From positions 5,594 through 69,593 of the forward strand of contig JAAAOJ010000062.1 of assembly GCA_009908915.1 (NCBI GenBank): 64,000 bases of DNA, written 5' to 3'. The notes below the pieces were generated by a model. The model did no database searches, was not told where the DNA came from, and worked only from the letters and a program-made list of their open reading frames with translations. The position numbers were made by a program, and so were the translations under genes. This DNA is from Planctomycetota bacterium. GTDB lineage: Bacteria > Planctomycetota > Phycisphaerae > SM23-33. The first letter of the stretch is position 1, and each line of letters starts with the position of its first letter. Positions 28,304 through 37,094 of the stretch are shown in pieces.

Positions 28304-29746
28304 TTAAGCGGCCTTGCGGGCCTTGCGGCGGCGGGCGAGTATGCCCAGCCCCCCCATTCCGAGGACCGCGAGGATACCGGGCTCGGGGACTTCCGCCGTC
28401 GGGGCAATGTAGATGCGGTTCTCGGGGAACCAGGTCCGCTCGCCCGTGATGGGATCTTCGTAGTAGACCTGCCCGTGGGCCAGCGTCTGCGTGTTGTCTA
28501 CGCCGAGGATAATCGGGGTTGCATCAACCTGGGCGTTGTTGCCGGGCTCAAAGCCCCAGTCCGTGCCGAAGTCCCAGACAACGAGCATTTCGATGTCATC
28601 GAGGGTCGTTTCGGCGAGGTCGATGCGGATGACCTGCTGATCGACCCAGAAGGGGACGTCGCCGCCGCTCGTGCCGGCCTGACCGGCCAGGCCGCCGATG
28701 ACGCCGCCGTCGCTCGACCGCTCGGTGTACTCGCTGCGGGTCTGGAAGGCGTCCTGGTACTCGTAGCCGAGGACCGCCAGGATCTCGGCGGCCGTGCGGT
28801 CGCTCAGCCCGTTGACCCAGCCTGCCAGCGTCTGTGGGTCGACTTCTTCGGACTCCATCGAGGCAATGATCGTATCAATCTCCGCGTCGGTGAGGTTCTC
28901 CGGCAGGTTGGCCGTGTACCAGTCCTTGCGTTCCTGGTTGGCAGCGTAGGTGTACTGCTTCAGGGCGTCGTCGAACTTCACCGGGTAACGCAGGCCTGTC
29001 GTCGGGTCAGCCGCCAGGTGGCTGATGTCGTTGGCCTGTGTGATCTGCGGGTTCGAGACGTTCTCGCCAAAGCCGTCGATCGTACCGGTGTACTGGCCGT
29101 TGTGGACCAGGATATCCATATCGACCCGGCCGGCCGGATCGCCGCTGCCGCCATTGCCGGGCTGGACAGCATTACTGGTCCAGCCGAGAGCCCAGCCGTT
29201 CGTGCCGGCGTACTTCTCGACGTAGTAGTCGCTGCGGGCCTGTTCATAGCCCGAGTCGCCGAAACTGGTGTCCCAGTACGTGGACGTGTTGTTGTCCGAC
29301 TGGCTGTAGGTCATGTAGAACGACAGCGTGTTCTCGTACTGCTTCGGCCCCCAACTGACAACGTCGGTGCCGGGATAGGTCTTGTCGGCGTAGTTCCCGG
29401 GCGAAACAGGGATATCGCCGTCGCCATCCTCGCCGCCGCCGAAGACCGTATCGTCCATCTCGTGCCACGCGTTCATCTGCGTTCCGCTGGAAACGGGCGT
29501 CCACCAGTTCTCAAAGGTAGCGACCCTCGTATCGCCGGGGTTGAGGATACCTTCGGTGGTGCTGCTACCTTCAGCGAACATATACCACGTCTTGACGGCA
29601 TCGCTCCGCAAGGGGCGATAGCCGTGTTCGGTGACCATGTAGTTCGGGTCCGGCTCGACGACGGTTCCGGCCAGGCCGGTTGTCGCCGTGAGCATGACCA
29701 GGAGCAATCCCAGGCCGATCAGATTGTTGAGCATTGTACATTTCAT
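28304..29746 (-). CDS. PEP-CTERM sorting-domain protein (secreted, exosortase substrate)
   Basis: N-terminal signal peptide and a C-terminal VPEPGILAVLGMGGLGILARRRKARKAA, matching the PEP + TM helix + Arg-rich layout of a PEP-CTERM domain. Asp/Gly/Thr-rich body. Start at MKCTML. Confidence 0.8.
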   Translation of the reverse strand: MKCTMLNNLIGLGLLLVMLTATTGLAGTVVEPDPNYMVTEHGYRPLRSDAVKTWYMFAEGSSTTEGILNPGDTRVATFENWWTPVSSGTQMNAWHEMDDTVFGGGEDGDGDIPVSPGNYADKTYPGTDVVSWGPKQYENTLSFYMTYSQSDNNTSTYWDTSFGDSGYEQARSDYYVEKYAGTNGWALGWTSNAVQPGNGGSGDPAGRVDMDILVHNGQYTGTIDGFGENVSNPQITQANDISHLAADPTTGLRYPVKFDDALKQYTYAANQERKDWYTANLPENLTDAEIDTIIASMESEEVDPQTLAGWVNGLSDRTAAEILAVLGYEYQDAFQTRSEYTERSSDGGVIGGLAGQAGTSGGDVPFWVDQQVIRIDLAETTLDDIEMLVVWDFGTDWGFEPGNNAQVDATPIILGVDNTQTLAHGQVYYEDPITGERTWFPENRIYIAPTAEVPEPGILAVLGMGGLGILARRRKARKAA

Positions 29747-30909
29747 GATGAGCAATCTCCCTTCACCTCACTCGGCGAGCAAGCCGTGTGGGCAAAACGT
29801 GTACCCAGAGCAGCAAGCGATGCTTTGGCGTGTGATGAGCGTTCATCTTCCGGTGGTCAGACATATCCCAGAGATCGTCTGGCTGACCGGACAACACGCC
29901 ACGTGCTGCTGCTCGAACGTCCCGGCCGGCGAGTAGGCTGATTGAGCGTCAGCCGCGGCGCCCGCAGGCCAGGTCAGGGTTCTGCAAACGTGCAGGTATT
30001 CACTTGTGTGACTCAGCAAACAAGGCTAAGTAACGTTCTAAAAGGCGGTTACACGTTTCTCCTTTGAGCAAGAGAGCCTTTCGTCCTTAGCATTGTCGGT
30101 GAGCCCGGGAGGAGCTCGCTATTGTATAGCACACTTCCTTTCTTCCGGCAGGGTGGTGCAAACTGGGAAGCAGTAAGGCGGGATTGAGCGATCCCGTTTG
30201 CCTGACCAAGCCGTTGCTGCATCCTCCAAAGGCGCGCAACGTAAGCACGCTTAGTCAGTTACCGCATATCCGAGCAGAGCATCGAGCCGGATCTTTGGCC
30301 CCGTGGGGCCGGTCCCGTCCAGATCTTCGGTGAGCGCCGAAGCCTGAACCTTACAAGCACAAACTCTCTCTGACCTCTCTCGTCGTCAAACCAAGGCGAA
30401 GAGCGTTTTTGCTTTTCAACCGTTGTTACCCTAGAACTACAGCAGGGCGGTCAGCGGTTTCGTCGGGACGTCTTACGGTCCAATCGAATGTGAAAAGCCA
30501 ATTTGCCGTTCGTGACATCTGCCTGGCAGGCCCCAGCCTCATAGCCGGTTGAGCACAAACCCATCATGCAGGTGAACAGTCACGAACTGCGGAGAGAAAG
30601 GGAGCCATGGTCCAGAGCCATCGAGCAGAGCTGTTCGGTTTCACTGAGCACATGAGCAATATCTTTCTCTGAGCACTCATCAGTCTATACCGAATCGACA
30701 CCGGCGTCAAGGCAAAAAACAGCATCCAGAGGAAATTTTCAACAGGGCGGACTGGCAGGGCGGCAACCACATTATCAGCCCGTTTGGAAATTGGTCGCAT
30801 CCCCGACCCGACGTCGCGGCACTCTCAACATGTATGGCCCTGCTACAGCACGATGATTGCGCTACCCAACGTCCGAAGGTGTTGAGCCAGCCAGGTGGCC
30901 ACGTATCCT

Positions 30910-31029
30910 GACGCCTCCCTCAGACATCCGAGGACGTGCCGATCAGCACCGTTTTCGTGACATAACGTCTTTGTTTGCGTTGCAAAATCGTTCTGGTTTT
31001 CCGCCCGCCTGACTTTTGAGGGAGGCGTC
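30910..31029. mobile_element. MITE-like 120-bp element with 13-bp perfect terminal inverted repeats and a 6-bp TSD
   Basis: Terminal inverted repeats GACGCCTCCCTCA ... TGAGGGAGGCGTC. Flanked on both sides by TATCCT (30904-30909 and 31030-31035). No ORF. Confidence 0.6.
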
Positions 31030-31063
31030 TATCCTGGTCAATTGCCGCGGCATTTTTCTCTTT

Positions 31064-31187
31064 GACGGCTCCCTCAATACTCCGGGGTAGTACCCCTCAG
31101 CTCCATTGTCGTGACGTAACGTCTTCGTTTTCGCTTGCATCACAGGAACAGTTTGCTTTTCCGGCCATCTGACTTTCGCGGGAGGCT
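31064..31187. repeat. decayed second copy of the MITE-like element
   Basis: Left end GACGGCTCCCTCA, shared internal CGTGACGTAACGTCT core, degenerate right end (..CGCGGGAGGCT). No target-site duplication. Confidence 0.45.
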
Positions 31188-31342
31188 TTTTGGGTTTTTT
31201 GGGGTTTTGGACCCTCCCTAGTCCCAGAATTCCAATAAGTCCGATAATATATATTATGTGGCGCTAGGGGGTTTATTGCAGCGAACGCTGTCGGGAATTG
31301 CTCGAAATGGCCGTGTAGCGGTCACATTCTCACAGATGTCGG

Positions 31343-31384
31343 CACAAAAACTGGCCTCCGAAGGACCGCTGCTCTCCGGAGGCC
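31343..31384 (-). terminator. minus-strand intrinsic terminator downstream of the small-protein operon
   Basis: On the minus strand: GGCCTCCG-gagagcagcggtcctt-CGGAGGCC followed by AGTTTTTG. Confidence 0.5.
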
Positions 31385-31413
31385 GTGTTTCTGCCTTAAC
31401 GTTTCGTCCCGGC

Positions 31414-31704
31414 TCAGCGGGCAAAGATTCGCCCAAGGTCAACGCGGTCGTCGACAACCTGGACTGTATTGCGCGACGGGTCTGTCGCGTACACGAGCAG
31501 TTTCTGCTTCGGGATGTCGATGACGTACAGCAGCGATGACGAGTCTGAAATCTGGCCCGTGGCCATAATGTAGTCGCCGGTCATGGTGCGACTGGTTGTG
31601 GCCGCCTGGGCGGACTGGCTCTTCCAGGAGCCGACGACAAGGACGCCGAGGACAACGGCTGTGACCATCAGCATTGCGATCAGTGTATTCTGGTTCGTCT
31701 TCAT
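31414..31704 (-). CDS. small secreted protein, paralog A (~96 aa)
   Basis: Signal peptide and an AGGTGA ribosome-binding site. Clear paralog of the next gene: DYIMATGQISDSSSLLYVIDIPKQKLLVYATD aligns with DYVAAVGEISSDYDALFITDLASRRMVALKWD. Confidence 0.55.
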   Translation of the reverse strand: MKTNQNTLIAMLMVTAVVLGVLVVGSWKSQSAQAATTSRTMTGDYIMATGQISDSSSLLYVIDIPKQKLLVYATDPSRNTVQVVDDRVDLGRIFAR

Positions 31705-31756
31705 GGTTTCACCTTACGGGTTGAGTGTCGGGGGTTAATCTCGCGAGGGTCGCCGT

Positions 31757-32035
31757 TCAGCGCCCGCCGAAGTCGCTTTCGAGGTCGTGCGGACCGAAGG
31801 CGACCATTCGTTGGGCGTTCTTGTCCCATTTGAGGGCGACCATGCGTCGACTGGCGAGGTCGGTGATGAACAGTGCGTCGTAGTCGCTGGAGATCTCTCC
31901 CACGGCGGCGACGTAGTCCGTGCTTTTGAAGCTCTGGGCCTGTGCGGGCGCCATGTTCAGGTGGATCAGGCCGGCCAGCAGAGCGCCGTTGAGGACGATC
32001 AGGCCGACGATCATCATGCGTTTCATCTCGGTCAT
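31757..32035 (-). CDS. small secreted protein, paralog B (~92 aa)
   Basis: Start at MTEMKRMM, with a GGGAGA ribosome-binding site 7 nt upstream. Signal peptide. Paralog of 31414-31704. Confidence 0.55.
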   Translation of the reverse strand: MTEMKRMMIVGLIVLNGALLAGLIHLNMAPAQAQSFKSTDYVAAVGEISSDYDALFITDLASRRMVALKWDKNAQRMVAFGPHDLESDFGGR

Positions 32036-32186
32036 TGGATTCTCCCGTCTGTGTAGTCTGTCTAATCTGTCTAGTCCGTGTGGCCAAAGTCGAGGCGGCA
32101 ACGAGCCGTCCCGACCGGGTTATCGGCAATGCGTCACACGAATGGACACACGAGTGAGCCCGTGGTTTGCGAGCCAGGCCGGTTTC

Positions 32187-32399
32187 TCACTCGTCTTCCA
32201 GGTGCGACCGCCTGGGATTGTGGAACACGGCAAGAAGTACGGCGATGAGCGAAAGCCCCGCCAGGGCGATACCAACGTATGGCACGCCGTTTTCAACGTC
32301 CGGTGCTTGGTAGTTGTCGCCGGCCTTCGCGAGTGCTGTTGTCGCCAGCACCGACAGAGCAGCGGCGACCCGTCGTGTCCAGGAGCGTGTGAGTGTCAT
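32187..32399 (-). CDS. small (70 aa) protein with N-terminal signal and C-terminal TM anchor plus basic tail
   Basis: MTLTRSWTRRVAAALSVLATTALA signal, then ...VPYVGIALAGLSLIAVLLAVFHNPRRSH. Weak ribosome-binding site, so low confidence. Confidence 0.35.
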   Translation of the reverse strand: MTLTRSWTRRVAAALSVLATTALAKAGDNYQAPDVENGVPYVGIALAGLSLIAVLLAVFHNPRRSHLEDE

Positions 32400-32850
32400 G
32401 GACGAATTCTATCCGCAACCGAGAGGCGAATGCAACACCACCCTGCCAGAGCGATTTTCACAAGAGGCGGGTGATGTCCGTCGCCGCGGCGGAGAAGTCC
32501 TAGACCCCATTGCCAGCGTCTACCATTTCTAGCTGCGCGGGCTGGCCATGGCGACCCGGCCAGACATGCCGTTTCGTAATGCACGCTTCGCTGGGCCATG
32601 ATCCCCGATCTCGACCTGTTGCATATATGTGTTGCCTTACACATGTTGCCAATGCCATATGTTCCATCTGTTGCCGCGACAGTGCTGCGTATGTGCGCGG
32701 TTCAGCACCTGCTGGACCGCGCTTTGGGAAACACCGGTTCGGCACTTCCCCCGGAATGCCGTTGGCACGGCTGGACCGCGTGATCCTGAAATTTGCTGGT
32801 GCAGCAGGTGCTGCGCCAGCCACGTGACGGTTACCGCACTCACGTGATGA

Positions 32851-34143
32851 TTACTGCAGCCACTTGCCCGGATCGTCCAGGAACGTCGTGGCGTCAATGT
32901 CCGTTTCCTCGCCGCTGGCCATCGTCTTGATCCGGAGGTCATTTCCGCTAAGCAGCACCGAACAACGGGCGCCACGTTTATCCGCCTGCTTGAGTTGCTT
33001 GCCGACGTTCTGCCGCCTGGTGTGGCAGTCCGCGGAAAAGCCGCCCTTCCGCAGCCGGGCCACCAGGTCCAGCACCTTTGGAAACACGCCCTCGACGGCG
33101 TCGATAACAAAGAAATTCAGGCTCTCGCTGGCCAGGTCGGCCGGCAGCAGGCCCTTCTCGTCCAAGAGGATGCCCAGCACCACATCACCCATGCCGAAGC
33201 CCGTTGCCGACTCGGCCGGCCCCCCTACCACCTGCAGAAGATTATCGTACCGCCCTCCCCCGGCGACGGCCCGCTCGCCGGCAGCGATGGCCTCGTAGAC
33301 CACGCCCGTGTAATACGCCAGGCCGCGGACGACCCGCAGGTCAAGCACGCACCACTCGGCGATGCCGTAGGCCTCAAGGTAGCCAAGCAACTGTGAGAGG
33401 CGCTCGACGGTCTGGCCGATATCGACGCGTCCGCTGTAGTCGGTGAGCAACTGCTCGACGGTCACGTTCTCGTGACTGAGCAGGTCGCGGATGACGGAGG
33501 TCTGCTCGTCGTTGAGAAAACTCTCGGCGAGCAGTTTATCGAAGGCGTCTTCGGGCAGCTTGAAGCGTTTGTCGACCAGTGCCAGCACGTCGTCGCGACG
33601 CTCGGTCGGCACGGCCAGGCTGTCCAGCACAGCCGTCCACAGCGGCCGCGAGCCGATGCGCATTTCCACGTCGGCGGGCGTGAGGCCGAATTCTCGAAGC
33701 GCCTCGACGCAGGCGAAGATGCACTCGGCATCGGCAAGGATATCGTCCACGCCGATGACGTCGACGTTCCACTGGAAGAATTCGCGCAACCGTCCCCGCT
33801 GGGGCCGTTCGGCCCGGCAGAGGCGCGGAACGCTGAACCACTTGACCGGGCGCGGCAGTGCGTTGATCTTCTCGGCAACCATGCGGGCCAGCGACGGCGT
33901 GATCTCCGGGCGGATGGCCAGGTCGCGCCCGCCGCGATCGGTGAAGCTGAAGAGCTGCTCGGCGATCTCCTCGCCGCTCTTGACCGTGAACAGGTCGAGG
34001 TACTCGAAGATCGGCGCGTCGTATTCCTCGAAGCCGCAGCGCAGCGAGACCCTCCGCCAGGTGTCGATGATGTAGTTGCGCAGGCGCATCTCTTGCGGGT
34101 AGAAGTCGCGCGTGCCCTTGACGGCCTGGAAGTTGCTCGCCAT
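32851..34143 (-). CDS. hisS: histidine--tRNA ligase
   Basis: KGTRDFYP near the N-terminus, class II motifs (GGRYD), and an anticodon-binding C-terminus. Start MASNFQA (CAT 34141-34143). Confidence 0.9.
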   Translation of the reverse strand: MASNFQAVKGTRDFYPQEMRLRNYIIDTWRRVSLRCGFEEYDAPIFEYLDLFTVKSGEEIAEQLFSFTDRGGRDLAIRPEITPSLARMVAEKINALPRPVKWFSVPRLCRAERPQRGRLREFFQWNVDVIGVDDILADAECIFACVEALREFGLTPADVEMRIGSRPLWTAVLDSLAVPTERRDDVLALVDKRFKLPEDAFDKLLAESFLNDEQTSVIRDLLSHENVTVEQLLTDYSGRVDIGQTVERLSQLLGYLEAYGIAEWCVLDLRVVRGLAYYTGVVYEAIAAGERAVAGGGRYDNLLQVVGGPAESATGFGMGDVVLGILLDEKGLLPADLASESLNFFVIDAVEGVFPKVLDLVARLRKGGFSADCHTRRQNVGKQLKQADKRGARCSVLLSGNDLRIKTMASGEETDIDATTFLDDPGKWLQ

Positions 34144-34280
34144 GTCGGTCAATCCTTGGTGCCCGTTATGAGTAATGCGTTATGAATTCAGGGCAGTCGC
34201 GAATGTAAATGAGGACAGCGATGGTGCCTGCCGCTTTCCATTCATAACTCCGAATTCTTAAATTCGAATTCACGGTCGAT

Positions 34281-34871
34281 TTACTTTTTCTTGTTCTTTC
34301 TACGTTTCGCGGCCTTGCGGTCTTTTTTGATGACGCCGCGAGCAACGAGGCGGGCCCGCATGTCCTTCTTCTTCATGCCCTCAGCCTTTGCGCGGAACTT
34401 GACGAGCTGCTTCTCGAACTCCTCGTCGCCGAGCGTCTTACGGGCGTAGTCCATGATGCTCTCGGGTGCGGTGAACTCCGCCTGGTAGTTGTAGTCCTCA
34501 CCGACGTACTCGCACTCGTCGCCGTAGTTACGGCAGATGATCGGCCGGTCGTCGTAGATCGTGCAGCGGCCGTCCTTGCCGAGCATATTGCACGGGTTCA
34601 TGATCTGGATGTACCAGCGGCCGTCCTCGTCGATATGCACGCTGACGCCTTCGTGGCAGATATACCAGCGAATATCGTCGAACTCCCCGAAGTCGTCCGG
34701 CTCGTCGATCTCGAAGCAGAAGTACTTGCAGCACAGGCCCTTGCATTTGTCACAGGGAAGCGTCAACTCAGTGCACTCCAGTGGCTTTCGCCGGGGATCA
34801 TGACCGCGGGCCTCCACGACGGCGGCCCCGCGGCGGTCGATTATAGGCAAGCGGCCACAAAAAACAAACAT
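34281..34871 (-). CDS. YkgJ-family cysteine-cluster protein (UPF0153 / zinc-iron chelating domain)
   Basis: CDKCKGLCC...C...C cysteine cluster with a Lys-rich C-terminal tail. Start chosen at MFVFCGR. The upstream 28 codons look non-coding: a TTGATT/TATAT promoter-like sequence sits there. Confidence 0.6.
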   Translation of the reverse strand: MFVFCGRLPIIDRRGAAVVEARGHDPRRKPLECTELTLPCDKCKGLCCKYFCFEIDEPDDFGEFDDIRWYICHEGVSVHIDEDGRWYIQIMNPCNMLGKDGRCTIYDDRPIICRNYGDECEYVGEDYNYQAEFTAPESIMDYARKTLGDEEFEKQLVKFRAKAEGMKKKDMRARLVARGVIKKDRKAAKRRKNKKK

Positions 34872-35190
34872 CGCCCCGCTTGTGTTTGCCGCCTGCCGAC
34901 ATATAATCAACAGGCATCTGAAGGTACGTGAGTCGAGGACCCATGCGGACGACATGCCACATGCCGAGCGAGACGCGAGCGCGCCAGGCAGTCATGGTCC
35001 GCGCCCGCATGATTGGGGTCATTGTTATCCGCCACGTGCCCTAGGGCCCTGCGAGAACCGACAACCATCGCGAGCCCCGGGGCCTGTTGCCCCGGGGTTC
35101 TTTTTTGCTCGCACCGCGCGGTGCGGGCCGATACCGTGACAAAACTGCAATTGAATATCGCCCGCTGAGACGGGCAAGCACATAGGCTAT

Positions 35191-36792
35191 ATGATGAACA
35201 CAAACGATACGAATCGACGCGTCGAAGTTTACGACACCACTCTCCGCGACGGCACGCAGGCCCAGGGCGTCAGCCTGTCGGTCAAGGACAAGCTCGAAAT
35301 CGCCGCCCTGCTGGACAGCCTCGGCGTGGACTACATCGAGGGCGGCTATCCCCTGAGCAACCCCAAGGACGCCGCGTTCTTCGAGCAGGTCAAGACCCTC
35401 GACCTCAAGCACACCAAGATCGCGGCCTTCGGCATGACGCGGCGAAAGGGCATCGGGGCGGCCGACGATACGGGTATGCAGGCGCTGCTCAAGAGCGAGG
35501 CCACGGCGATCACGATCGTCGGCAAGACCTGGGACCTGCACGTACGGGAGGTCCTGCGCGTTAACGAGGACGAGAACCTCGCGATGATCGCCGACTCGGT
35601 GAAGATCATGGCCGATGACGGTCGCGAGGCGATCTACGACGCCGAGCACTTCTTTGACGGCTGGCGGGCAAACCCCGATTACGCGCTGAAGACGCTGCAG
35701 GCGGCGGTCGACGCCGGCGCGACCTGCCTTGTGTTGTGCGATACCAATGGCGGCTCACTGCCAGAGCAGATCGTCGACATCCTCGGCCAGGCGCGGGCCG
35801 CCTTGCCGAATGCACGGTTCGGCATCCACTGCCACAACGACGGCGAACTGGCCGTGGCCAATACGGTGGCCGCGGTCACGGCGGGCGCAGTGCAGGTCCA
35901 GGGCACGATCAACGGCATCGGCGAGCGGTGCGGCAATGTCGACCTCATCAGCGTCGTGGCCAATCTGTCGCTGAAGTATGGCTACGACATCCTCGGCGAG
36001 GGCGCCGTCGAGAAGCTCACCGACCTCAGCCGCCACGTCTACGAACTGGCGAACCTGAACATCCGCGAGCACCAGCCGTTCGTCGGGCCCAGCGCGTTCG
36101 CCCACAAGGGCGGCATGCACGTCCACGCCGTGCAGCGCAACGTCAGCACCTACGAGCACATCGATCCGGCCAGGGTAGGCAACAAGCGACGCATCCTCGT
36201 CAGTGAACTCGGCGGACGCAGTAACATCGCCGCCGCCGTGGGGGCGAAGTTCAACGTCGCTGACGATCGCGAGGCCCAGGCGAAGATCCTCGAACGCGTC
36301 ATGGAAATGGAACACGAAGGTTACCAGTTTGAGGAGGCCGAGGCGAGCTTTGAGATGCTCGTTCGCAAGACCCTCGGCGACGGTTGGTATCGCCAGCTCT
36401 GGGCCCTCGACCACTACCGCTGCGTGATCCTCAAGACCGACGGCGGTGAGCCGAGCACCGAGGCCATCGTCAAGTTGCAGGTCGACGGCGAGACGCGGCA
36501 CACGGTGGCCGAGGGCGACGGTCCGGTCGACTCACTCGTCCAGGCGATGCGGTTTGCGTTGACGGAGAACCACCGCGGCCTGGAGGATCTGCACCTGATG
36601 GATTATCGCGTCCGCGTGGTGAACACGCAGGCGGAGACGGCCGCCAAGGTTCGTGTGGTGATCGACTGGCGCGACGCGGCGAGCGACGCGTTCTTCGGCT
36701 CGGTCGGCGTGAGCGAGAACATCATTGAAGCGAGTTGGCAGGCGGTCAGCGACGCCATCGAATACAAGCTCCTGGGCGATATGGAGTCGTGA
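35191..36792 (+). CDS. cimA: citramalate synthase / 2-isopropylmalate synthase family (CimA-like)
   Basis: [17 protein letters not shown]-like N-terminus, H.HNDxGxAxAN metal site, C-terminal LeuA dimerisation/regulatory domain. About 530 aa, typical of CimA. Confidence 0.8.
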   Translation: MMNTNDTNRRVEVYDTTLRDGTQAQGVSLSVKDKLEIAALLDSLGVDYIEGGYPLSNPKDAAFFEQVKTLDLKHTKIAAFGMTRRKGIGAADDTGMQALLKSEATAITIVGKTWDLHVREVLRVNEDENLAMIADSVKIMADDGREAIYDAEHFFDGWRANPDYALKTLQAAVDAGATCLVLCDTNGGSLPEQIVDILGQARAALPNARFGIHCHNDGELAVANTVAAVTAGAVQVQGTINGIGERCGNVDLISVVANLSLKYGYDILGEGAVEKLTDLSRHVYELANLNIREHQPFVGPSAFAHKGGMHVHAVQRNVSTYEHIDPARVGNKRRILVSELGGRSNIAAAVGAKFNVADDREAQAKILERVMEMEHEGYQFEEAEASFEMLVRKTLGDGWYRQLWALDHYRCVILKTDGGEPSTEAIVKLQVDGETRHTVAEGDGPVDSLVQAMRFALTENHRGLEDLHLMDYRVRVVNTQAETAAKVRVVIDWRDAASDAFFGSVGVSENIIEASWQAVSDAIEYKLLGDMES

Positions 36793-36795
36793 GCG

Positions 36796-36832
36796 AGGCC
36801 GCGGCCGTCTGGACCACCGACGTTTTTTTGCG
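36796..36832 (+). terminator. putative intrinsic terminator after cimA
   Basis: GAGGCCGCGGCCGTCTGGACCACCGACG followed by TTTTTTT. Confidence 0.35.
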
Positions 36833-37094
36833 AGACGCCTGGCATGGTCAGCCAACGCAAGGCCGATGGCTGCGTGGCCGGTGGACATGAAATGCTCGGC
36901 GTTCCGTGCGGTCGCGGCGTTCCGGGGCGTGTTGTTGCTGTATGCCGGCGACAGCCTGGCCAGCGACGAGTGGGCCTTGCGAGGCTCACGCGGCCGGGCG
37001 GCCATCCGCGAGACACTGCTTGAACTGGCGATCGAGGCCTGCTTGCGGTTATAGTACCGATCCGCCTTATCCCCCACACCTGAAGGTTACGCCT

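Noticed and set aside
28157-29941. 594-aa plus-strand ORF
   Set aside because: It is antisense to the PEP-CTERM protein gene, which has a clear signal peptide and sorting signal.
30090-30130. Possible RNase P RNA P4-like GAGCCCGGG segment
   Set aside because: It does not match the GGAAAGUCCGGGCUCC consensus, and no other RNase P signatures are nearby.
30160-30230. Possible SRP (4.5S) RNA-like GGAAGCAG..AAGGC motif
   Set aside because: Only a short partial match to the helix-8 consensus. The flanking conserved AGGUCAGGUCCGGAAGG is absent.
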